64,000 nt of DNA, taken from Mobula hypostoma (Eukaryota). The position numbers were made by a program, and so were the translations under genes. This document shows, piece by piece, positions 26,201 through 38,200 of the stretch. The first letter of the stretch is position 1. Each line of letters starts with the position of its first letter. A model generated the notes under the pieces. The model did not search any database and had not been told where the DNA came from. It saw nothing but the letters and a program-made list of their open reading frames with translations. The stretch covers positions 202,370,001 to 202,434,000 of the forward strand of contig NC_086097.1 in assembly GCF_963921235.1 (NCBI RefSeq), given 5' to 3'.

Positions 26201-29200
26201 ACTTTCAAATCTCTTACTAACTCTTCCTTCAGATAGTCCTGACGAAGGGTCTCGGCCTGAAACGTCGACTGTACCTCTTCCTAGAGATGCTGCCTGGCCT
26301 GCTGCATTCACTAGCAACTTTGATGTGTGTTGCTTGAATTTCCAGCATCTGCAGAATTCCTGTTGGTTTCCTTTGTTGTATTAGCTTTGTCAAGATTGGG
26401 AGTTCATTCAGCCGAATATTTGAAAAATATGGCCTTCTACTTTTTCCAACTGACCTTCATGATAATTGTTCAGTACTTTATTGATAAGTGAAAATCAGAA
26501 AGGTATTTGGAACCTTTGAAATTGTAGGCGAGTTGGATAAGTTTTGTAAAGAGAATGAACAATTGTAAATCAAATTTAATGGAAGTATACAATAAACAGA
26601 AAGTGTGACATTTACATAAATAATTCTGTGTTGAAAACCAATTTTAATGCTGAATAAGACCTAAAACGCTTCATTGACCAAATGCTGAGTATTTCTAACT
26701 TGGTAGAGCAGCAGTCAACAAAGCCATTGAACGTTGAACTCCATTGTTAGAGCACTTGAATACAAATCAGGATAAGTCGTGACTAAGCTGATTGGACATG
26801 CTATTGACCAAAATATGACCTATTATGATTGACAAAATGATTGGGGTTAAAGGTTTGAGCTGTAACAAGAGTTGTGGAAAACAGGGATTTTAAGCCTGGA
26901 AAGGAGACACATTTTAGTGACATTTTCACGGAGATGAACATTGCAGTTAAAATAATTGAGAAGGTAGCTTTGAAACACTGCTGTGAATTGAATAGTGAGA
27001 AAGCAAGAAGAGAAGAGACTTAAACTCATTAAAGACAGATTAAGATTGTTACAGAAAGTTGTTGACTCAGTAAATTAGTAAGTGGTACAGACTACCAAGA
27101 TGAATATTAGATGTTACTTTTTGAGAGGCAATTGTGTATTAGAATAGGTGAATTAAAAATCTTTCAATGAATTAACTCTGGCAAATTTGTCTATCTAATC
27201 TGTGATAAACATATGGTTTTGTAATAGAAGAGAAGGCACTGATTGACGTCATCAGCAACAAACTAGCAGAAAAGAATGCAGAGATGTGAATTTACAATTC
27301 CATACAGAGTTGTGTCCATATTCTGTGTCAAAGTCAAGTTATTATCATATGCCTAAGTACATATAGAGTGAGTGGAGGGAAGATTTGGGTAGATGTCTTC
27401 AGAAGTAAGGTTTTTACACAGTGAATGGTAGATGCCTGGATGGTGGACACAAATTCAGGGGTGGCAAATCTATGGCATGCACGTCCATGATGGCAGTGAA
27501 GGAAGTTCAGTGGCACGTGGCACACAATGCCACCTCTTTATGTTTTTCATACCCCATCCATAATAGAAAGATACATGATGATTATCTTTACTTCCAAATG
27601 AAGCAGCAAATAAATTTTGACAATCCAAGAGAACAGGAAACCTCTCATACCAACTTGGCGCCAGGTAGATGATTGCAAGAACACATGACGTTAGATAAAG
27701 CATTTTGAAATCCTCACAGACTTGATGTTCACAACAGTATTTGGATAATAAACAATTGGGCGAGTTGGCATTGGCTTCACTCTGCTTTTATTTTTTCGTC
27801 TGTTGGTTGTGAGTGAACACTGGATATTCAGTGATAACGGTAAATACTGTATGTCATTTAGCACCTCAATGGATATTCATTTTTCCACAATAAACATTTA
27901 TATTACTAAAGCTGTTATTTTGTATGAGGTACAATAACAACTTTAGAAATGGTATTATTTTTCAATTGTCATTTTAAAAGATTACTATTGTAACTTTAAA
28001 CAGTTTTTCTAAAATGCTTCATTTATTTCAATCTGTCTCTGTTATACTTTTATTAATACTAAACAGTGAATACTTGTAAACCAACAGGACTCATCTTTTT
28101 TTGCTTAAGAGTTCATAATTACTGTCACTAATTCATTAATCAATGAAATTCTCTGCTCAAAATTACCATAGCATTCAGGAGAATTTTTTAGATTATCGTC
28201 AATTTGGGCAGACACTCAAGAAGGTTTGTTTGCGATATATGCAATAGAGACATTTATAAGGCTCTTGGATAAGCAGAACCCGGACATAGAGAAACGAAAG
28301 GTTGTGGACTGTGTAGGAAGGATGGATTAGATGCTTTCTATCAGTCAGCACAACTTTGTGGGCCGAAGGGTTGTACTGTTTTATGCACAAGTACATGTAT
28401 GCACAGGTGCATTGAAAACCTTATTTGCAGCTGCATCACAGGCACATAGCATCACAGAGCCACATTCAAAAGAAAAGCATTAATGACACCTAAATTAAAT
28501 ACAATTTTTACAAAAACAAACACAATTAGAACAAAAACAAAGTCAATTTTCATGTAAATTCGTGTTGCTAAACTGCAATGATTAGGTTTGTACTTATTGG
28601 TTCAAGAACTGAATGGTTGAAGGCAGGAACTGTTCTTGAACCTGGTGGTGTGAGACTTGAAGCTTCTGTACTTCTTGCCCAATGGTAGCTTTGAGAAAGT
28701 GGTATGGCCAGGGTGGTGGGGATCTTTGATGGATATTGCTTCCTGTAGATAGTGTGAGTCCTGAGGATGGATGTGCCCAAGATGTATTAAGATGGGTAAC
28801 GAAGGAAGATTCTTGTCTGGCAATAACAAGATGTTTTCCATGGAGCTGGATAAAGAAGTGAAGTGCTTGATGATATTGCTTAAAATCTGAAGATTCAAAT
28901 ATTTTGGTTGATATTTGGTTTTTGAAGCCCAGTGTAAATTCAGATAGAACACGAAGGTTGTATAAGGTCACATTTAAATTTTTGAAAAGCTACGGAGACG
29001 TAAGTTTCTGACTAGATTGATCTCAGTAGAAACGGATCAACATAAAGCAGACAGTTGCGAAGAGAAGTTTGAGGAGGAGTTAAAGAGGAGACCTGCATCC
29101 AGTAGGTGGGGAGTTTGAAGCAACCAGGCTTAGCTGCCTCCTGTTTCACAAAACTCATCATTTTTTTTTCTTTTTACTTGTTTAGTGCACCTGGTAGATG

Positions 29201-32200
29201 TTTGGAATGTAATAGAGGCATTCAGAGAAAATGGACTGAATACAATGGATCTGAATGCTGAACTCAGTGTGGCTCGCTTGGAAGCTATCATCTCCACAGT
29301 ACTTTACCAGCTGAACAAACGAATGCCAACCACCCATCAGATAAATGTTGAACAGTCCATTAGCTTATTGCTGAGCTTCCTGCTTGCTGCTTATGATGGG
29401 TAAGTTTTATTGCATTTTCTTTAGCTTCGTTTTAAAATTTTATTGGCAATGCAGAACTTGACTTTAATTGTCCAAACCCAGTGGGATAACACTCTGCTGA
29501 GTTGTTGTGTTCTTTGCTACTCTTTATATGTCACATTCAATCAAAGAAAAGTTTATTTTTCGGAAATCCACAGAGATGTACAAGGGTTTTGCACATGGAA
29601 ACAGGCCCAACTTGTCCATGCTGCCCAAGGTGGCTATCTATATAAATCTTATTTGCCTTCACTTAGCCCATATTCCTCTAAACCATTCCTGACCATGTCT
29701 TTTAAACATGATAATTATGCCTGTCTCCACTGCTCACCTGGCAGGTCGTTACATAGATACAACATTCATGGTGTGGTAAAACTTGTCTTCAAGTGCCCTT
29801 TAAAACTTTTTCCTTCCACCTTAAATGTATCCAGATCAAATCAAAGATCAAAAAACTTTATTGTCATTCTAACCGTACATCAGCTCTGCAGGGCAGAATG
29901 AGACAGCGTTTCTCAGGAGCAGTGCAATCATAACATAACAAACGCAACAGTAAATAATAAACATAACAATAAATAGTAAAACACAACAGCCACATATCAG
30001 TTAAAATCAAGTTATAAGTGTCCAGTGCAAGTTAAAAGTGTCCAAAGCAGAGTCAGATAGAGCAGCTGTTTAGCAGTCTGACTGCCTGTGGGAGGAAGCT
30101 GTTTGGTAGCCTTGTGGTTTTAGTTTTGATGCTCCTGTAACGGTTGCCTGATGGCAGAAGAACAACCAGTTCATGGAGAGGGTGTAAGGGGTCATTAATG
30201 ATGTACCGTGTCTTCTGGAGGCATCGACTCTGAAAGAGGTCTTGGACAGAAGGTAGGGAGACCCCAATAACCTTCTCTACTCCCCTAACCACCCTCTGCA
30301 AGGCTTTTTTGTCGACAGCACTGCAGCTGGAGTACCAGGTTGTGATGCAAAAGGTCAGCACACTCTCAACCACGCCTCTGTAGAATGTAGTTAAGATGTT
30401 AGTGGGGAGTGATGCTTGTTTAAGCTTCCTCAGAAAGTGCAATCTCTGCTGGGCCCGCTTCACAATCCCAGTGGTGTTCCTGGACCAGGTGAGATTGTCC
30501 GAGATCTGCACCCCACTCTCTCCACTGTGGAGCCACTGATGCTGAGGAGTGTGTGCTCAGGCTGAGACCGTCTGAAATCGACGATCATCTCCTTGGTTTT
30601 GGTGATATTAGGCATCAAGTTGTTATCCCTGCACCAGCTCTCTAGGTGTTTGACCTCCTCCCTGTACATTGTTTCATCATTTTTGCCCCTCTAATTTATG
30701 ACCCATCAACTTGGGGGTAGATGTCTGTGTTTCTCATAACTTAATAAACTTGTATAAAGTCACACTCTTTTTACCCCCAGCCTCCTTTGCTCCAAAGAAA
30801 ACAATCTCAGTCTATGTAAACTCCTTATAACTCAAGTCTACCAATCCAGAAAACATTCCTGCATATCTTTTGATGTACTCTGTCTAGGTTTAATCACACT
30901 CTTCCTATAATGTAGTGTCCAGAGCCATTGTCACTATTAGTGAATGTATGCTCTATTCTGGAAGAAAATTAGACTGAGTGGGAACAGAACTCCCATACCA
31001 GATGCCAAATGCAGAGAACAGTCTCTTTGTGCAATAATTGAATGGTTGCTTTGGGAGAATGGAAAATATTTACTCTAAGAGAAGACAGCAGAGCTACTGC
31101 CACTCCCCAGCATAGAACCTCAACAGTCATTGATGCTACAAGTTGCTCTACATATTGTAATTCAAAGACACAATAGCAGCAACTGAGCTCTCACCGTTAG
31201 GACGTGCTGTAGTGCAAGTTGTGGCATTGGCCATCAGAGGATATGTCATTGCTGGGTCCATTAAATACAAATGAAATTGGCCAACCATTCCATACCACAA
31301 AGAAATCATCTCCTACTCCACATAACGTTGTTGGATTTAATAAAGTTGAGACTTTATAAAGCACTGGTGAGGCCTCACTTGGAGTATTGTGAGCAGTTTT
31401 GGGCCCCTTATCTTAGAAAGGATGTGCTGAAAGTGAAGAGGGTTCAAAGGAGGTTCACGAAAATGATTCCAAGATTAAACGGTTTGTCATATGAAGACCG
31501 TTTGATGGCTCTGGACTTGTGGTGACCTCAAATGAAACCTATCGAATGGTGAAAGGCTTTGATAGAGTGGATGTGGAGAGGATGTTTCTTATGGTGGGAG
31601 TGTCTAAGATGAGAGGACACAGCCTCAAATTAGAGAGGTGTCCTTTTAGAACAGAGATGATAAGGTATTTTTTTAAGCCAAGGAGTGGTCAATCTTTGGA
31701 ATTCTCCGCAGGCAGCTGTGGAGGCCATGTCTTTGTGTATATTTAAGGCAGAGGTTGGTAGATTCTTGATTGATCAGGGCATGGAGGGATAGGGGGAAGG
31801 GAAGGCTGGAGATTGGGGCTGAGAGGAAAATTGGATCAGCCATGATGGAATGGTGGAGCAGACTCGATGAGCCAAGTAGCCTAATTCTGCTCCAGTATTT
31901 TATGGTAATTCATGAATTCAATCTGAGCAGAGCCCTCAATCCACTAAACATTTCAATGTGCATATCCATGTGAAGGTGACCTCATTAGCAGCCAAATAGG
32001 TGTTTTGACCACTAGTAGGCTGTCATTTACAGAGTCCTTCATTCCTAACGTGCCTATAATCCCTTTGAGTAGAATCTCACTTTGCAGATCTTGCTCAATA
32101 CAGTCGTCTAAATTACACTCCGTGTTAATATCTGGGCTGAATTAGTGACATAGTATGTGAAGCTGGGAATCTAGATTTCTATAGCATCACTGTTTCCTTT

Positions 32201-35200
32201 TCTTGCATTTCTTGGCCCTGTTGCATTTACTGAATATTTGAAATGTAAAAAACATAAGTAGAGATGAAAGGAAACTACGTGGAGAAAAAGGAAAGTACCT
32301 AGAGATGCTGCCTGGCCTGCTGCGTTCACCAGCAACTTTTATGTGTGTTGCTTGAATTTCCAGCATCTGCAGTATTCCTGTTGTTTACATTGTTTGTGGT
32401 ATGTAATGTAGAAGAGTGTGTGTTTTGAAGGGATCCAGGATATGAGAAGGAGGCAGGGAGCAAAGGAGGTTGATTGATATGGCAGGTGAGGAGGAGGATT
32501 AGGTTTTGAGATGTTGTCCTCAATAGCTTCACCTTCATCACTCGGCAATGATATCACAGTAACTGCCAGCTTCACTTCATTCATGGGGTTAGTTCATGGA
32601 GACAGCTATCCTTCCTCCAGTCAGATGATTCTACTTCAAGTGTGCACCATCTTTTTTGAGATGTATGTTGTGCCTGGGTGAGATGTGGGTGATAAGGCAG
32701 TGTTCTGAGTGTTTATGACAAAGCGCATGAATTTTAGGATTGGTCTTAAAGGAAAGAGGAAATAACAAATTATTATGGTTCTTTTCAAATCCGATTTGGA
32801 ATGTCTAAAGTTCTTTACGACCGGTGAATTTGTTTTGAAGTATGGTCATTGTCATTATCCAGGATAAGTGATTATAAACTCTCAAAAACAGCTTGATAGT
32901 GATGGAATTAACTGTTTTAGAGATGTTGGTTTATGGATAAATAGAGTGCAGGATTTATAGATGCAGTGGTGAGTGAGTGTTGTAAGGATAGTTCAATGAA
33001 CAGTGCCTGACATTAGTGGTGTAGGTAGTGGGATGTGGTATTTGGATTTGCTTTTATTGATCTTGCTGACTTGACTGAGGTCAATAAACTTCACAGAATT
33101 ACAGAACAATTGCAGCATGGAAAAGGCCTTTTAATCTGTCAAGTCCCTGTCATTCCAATTTATCCATCTCTCTTGCCATCTCTGCACAGCCTTAAACTCT
33201 TTCCTCTGAAGTACTTATTCAGCTCCCTTTTAATACCATTATTGAATCTGCTCCCACTGCTACCCTGGCTGTACATTTCACATTGTACCACTTATTATGT
33301 GTGAGTGGGCGGGGGTGGGTATTTCTCGGAATCTCTTTTGGAAAGTTCTTTCAAAACTTCATTTAACAGATGGCACACCCTGTATGTATTGACTGTTAAT
33401 GGAGGGCCACCAAGTCCCTACAAAGTTTTTGATATTTTACATAAGATATAACCTGATTTAGTTCTGACTCTCAGCTTCAAGACAGGAAGACAGTTGTGTA
33501 TCAGACCCAATGATAACTTCTTAGGAGAACTTAAAACCACAGTTTTATTCCATTTTTATTATGACATAGAAGAAGGCCATTTTGGTGCATTGAGTCCATT
33601 CTAGTTCACAGACTAATCCCTTTTCTCTGCTGGTTTTCCCTTTTGCATAATCTCCCCACATTCCTCTCAACTTCCCCCAAGTAATCAAATAGAACAACAT
33701 ATTTGACTCAAGTTCCAAATAAAGAAGTTACTGTTTTGTTTTTAAATTTAAACCATCAATCACTGATACTCAAATACATGTATATCATGGGAAAGAAACA
33801 CCACTGGGAAAAAAATGCTGTTTTAACCTTTTCAAATTAGGGAGATAATTCATTCTTTTGTTTCGAACTGCAACAGCCAACGTAAACGGCAGTAAGATTA
33901 AATTTCTCTGCTAAAACAGATTAGCTTCATGCATCTCTATTTTTAGATTACTGTAAAATCATTTGTTTTTTAAATTGCTTTATTGTGGTTGATTCTTTTT
34001 AGAGAAGGCCATGGCAAAATATCGGTTTTTGCTGTGAAAGTGGCATTAGCAACAATATGTGGAGGGAAGATTCTAGATAAACTGAGATGTAAGTATTTTG
34101 CACAGAATGATTGTTGTCATGTTGACTTTTTTTTACTATTCATAATCACTTGCCTCCACATTGAAAAATGTAAGAAAGTGAGATTTATTTAAATATTGCC
34201 TTACACATCTTTAACATTCTGTGATGTGTCAAAAAGAGATGCTGCCTTTTGGCCCAACCATCAAGCACCAATTTTTACTCTAATCTATGTTAACCTCCCC
34301 ACATTCCCCTTAGCTCCCCTTAAATTCTATCATTGATTTACATTCAAGATGCAATTAAATGGGTTCATTAGCCTACCAAGGAGGACATTTTTCAGGATGT
34401 GGAAAAAAAACTTGAGCACCCAGGAAACCCAATTATATAAAGGAGAACATGCAAACTCCACACAGATAGCACCCAAGGTCAGAATCGAACCTGGGTCACT
34501 GGAGCTCTAAATGCACTTCTCTGCTGTCCCACATGCTTAATAGTAATTACATACTTTAGAAGCACAGAAACAGCTGGAAAATTTTGTAACATACTGAAGT
34601 AGCACAGATGAACAACTGTCGGAAAAGTTGGTGACGATCTAATATTGGCATTGCTTTATGAATGTCATTTCATATCTAAAATGTATGTGCATCAATATTT
34701 CACATAATATCTCTCTACTTCAAATATTTTAAGTGTTTGACTGTGGCTGAAAAGGTGAATTTTTAATACAAAGGTTTGGAAAAAGCTGCTCAAGTTGAAA
34801 TTGCCTGTTTCGCTGAATGAGAGATATTGAACAGTGCATATAAAAGGCATGTTAAAAAGTACTGTGCAAGCAATTGTATGTTTGATTTAAGGCCAGCCTG
34901 CTGCAAATTTCAGGAGCCCAAATACTGATATAATAAGACACAAGATATTGATTTTGGGGGAAAGGGGCCATAGGGCGGGGATGTTGTGGCGTGGGTCTAT
35001 GGGAATTGGGATGTTAAGTGTCAGGGTTGTTATTAGAAAAGGAGTTGTGATTGATTACCAGGTAATTGATGGCTGGTGGATTGTTGTTCTGGGTTGAATT
35101 ATGTAGCTGGAAGAATCAGGCTACAGATGGGTGAGGGACATTTTCTTAACAATGAAGGATTTCTTTTTCTTTAACAGTGAAGACTTTAACTAGCTCGTTA

Positions 35201-38200
35201 ACTTAATTATTGGAAAGGTTGGAAGAGAGTTAAGAAAATACTTTACTACTGAGCCAGAGGTCACATGTCTTGATCACACTGCCTGAAAGGCTTAAAACGT
35301 ACAATCTGCTGGGCCCTAGATTGAGTGTTGGGAAATGGGATGAAGCGAAATAACACAATTTTTCTAAGCATGGACACAGTGTGAGAATAACAAATTTCTG
35401 GCTGTAAATTTCTTCGATTCTAAATGCTGACAGTGAGTTAGGTTGCACAGAAAACTGTTAATATTAAAATATTCTTAAGGCAGTAGAGTGACATTTTGTG
35501 ACAAATATGTTTTACCGACTCTCACTATTTCTCTTTAATAGATGTATAACATCTGTGGGGAAAACAACAGATTTCTTTGCTGTTCTCATCTGAATTTCCC
35601 ATTTGGGAGGTACAATTCATTTTGTGAGTGGCTGGATCACTGTTCTTTTGGTTAGTTGAAACCACAACAAAAGCCCAGTCGCCATTTATTTACAAAACAA
35701 GTCAATGACATTCTGAAATGAATCATTTGGTAGAAAACGCTGTCCTCTATGGATATCCTCTTAAACAGCCCTCTGTTGACCTTTCAAATACATTAAATGC
35801 TGAGAAGAAACATTTATCTCTGGAAGTGCAGTGGTATAATCAGTGTCACCGGTGACTGGAACTTTGGCCTAATCCTTATTCAAAGTGCTCATTATCAATA
35901 ATGACCTCTGACTCAGTGAGGCTTGGTTGCCAAAAATGTGCTTAAAATGCCTGATGAAAACCCAACATATTGTGATTTTAACATGGGTGGGTTTGGGTGT
36001 GCACATGATAGTAATGAGATCCAGAGTAAATGTAACAGCCATTTGGCTGCAATGGGCACAACTATTGTTCTAACTGGTGAAGTCTGTCATTCCCTAAAAC
36101 ATAGGTCAACTTTCTCTGTGTGGTAAGAGGAGCAGCTTCGTCATAATTTAATGAGAGCCTGTCTGGACGTGTCCATCACCAGGAATCCTGTACATAGATT
36201 ATGCTGCATGTGGATTCTCTGAAGCTTTCTATCTACACCACTTTTGCAGATCTCCTTGGGGCTCCCAACACCAACCTACCAGGTTACTTCTTGGCATCCT
36301 CATCAAATTTAACTGTTAATGCCCGCATCCCAAAGGATGGTGGCCTGACTGGACACATGACTGCTCCACATTTTCACTGTCTCTAACACATCTACCTTTA
36401 CTCCCCAGACAGCTCTTAACTGGCTTCCCACAGGACACATGGACTCCTCCACTAATGCAGTGTCAGAGGAAGGGCCATTCCATGCTTCATTTGAGCACAT
36501 TGCCTTGAATCTAAGGGATTTCAAGGGGGAGAAAAGTCTCGGGATTTGTGCATTTGATTAATTGTTTTCTTGATCAGCAGTCAGAACATTTTTGAAATAC
36601 AAGTGTTTACTTCATGGAGAGTAACCTTTCTAAACCAACCTTCCCATTTGCAGTCCAAAATATTTTTAAAGCCAGCTGAACCTCTTATTTCCCACCTGTT
36701 CAAATTTTTAAATCACCTTAATCTGAGCAGCTAAAGCCTTTCTTATGATGGAAAGATGATGAACTATATTGGATCAATTGTGAGAATGTGGCAAGTGCAT
36801 ATGTGGCTGAATGATTACACGGTGAATCGATTGGGCCCCCTACATGTGGGTGTCTCTTTCAAGTGTGCATATTTTTCATCTGGGTGTGTACAGTGCCTAA
36901 CGTGATTCAGGAAAAGCATTTAGCCTTACTGCTCCATTGTTATTCTTGCTCCGTGCTTGTGTAACAGGTGCAATTAATTTAAGGACTAAGAATAGGATTC
37001 TCGCTTTTCATCTGCAAATTTTTTTGGAATGTTATACTGGTTTATTTTATTTGCATGTGCTTTTCAGAACTTGTAGGACTCGCTGTTCCTTCCTGGAGTA
37101 GATGCCTTCATCTTGTTATCACATTCTTCAAAAGAGATCTGTCTATTCACTTCTGCATTTTACACTCCACCCCTTTAAGATGCAACATGGCCTTTGAAAC
37201 AATCTGTCACAGCCTATTTCCCACCCTACTTTGGCAATATGACTATTAGGATCATATTTCACATGCTTGCTAAATAAATGTAAATTAAGTTTTGTAGAGG
37301 CTAATTCTCAGTTTTTAAGGCAGGGGTAGTAAGCCTGATCTTTGACTTTTTTTAAACAACTGGGCAGTTAAACTGTGCGACTTATTTTATAAGTGTTACT
37401 TAATGGGGCATGTTTGCAGAATGTTTAATGGTGTTTATTTTCTTCTGATATCTTCCAGATATTTTCTCCCAAATATCAGACTCAAATGGAGTAATGATAT
37501 ATGCAAAGTTTGATCAGTTTCTACAAGAGGTGCTAAAGTTGCCAACGTCAGTGTTCGAAGGTCCCTCCTTTGGATACACAGAACAAGCATCAAGATCATG
37601 TTTTTCCCAGCAGGTGAAGAACATTAAAATTATTTAATTTGTTCAGCTACAGCTGAACACAGTGACTTACCTTTATTTCTCATTTTCTGTTATAATTTCA
37701 GTGGAAAATATGGGTGGTGGGCAGAAATTTACTCATTCTCTTCCTGATTTGCAATACTCTTCTGTCTTAAACCAATGTTGAGGATCAGTATAGCTTCCCA
37801 TTATATTAAATGCCATTAAAATTACGTGAAAATATATAAACTGTAATACAATGAAACCTAGAAGTTCATTGGTTTCTTTAGCTTTGAGCTTGTAAATTGA
37901 CTTTATCAACGATGGAAAGCAATAAGGACCGTTTTGTCTACTCTGGAAATTCAGCTGGGCAGTTTCTAGTATAACCACCCTTGCATTCCTGAAGTGACTT
38001 CTTTGCCATTTCCACACAGGATGATATCATCATCTTTGCAATAATATTTTTGCAGTCATGTCATGTAAATGTTATCACACGGGCCTAGGAGTGACCATCA
38101 CTGAGTAATCACAGGACAGTGAGGCTTTAATGATGTATTCTTTGTTGGTACCAATGTAAAGTAAACTTGCATACTCACCCTTTAGTATGATACTTTGTAA

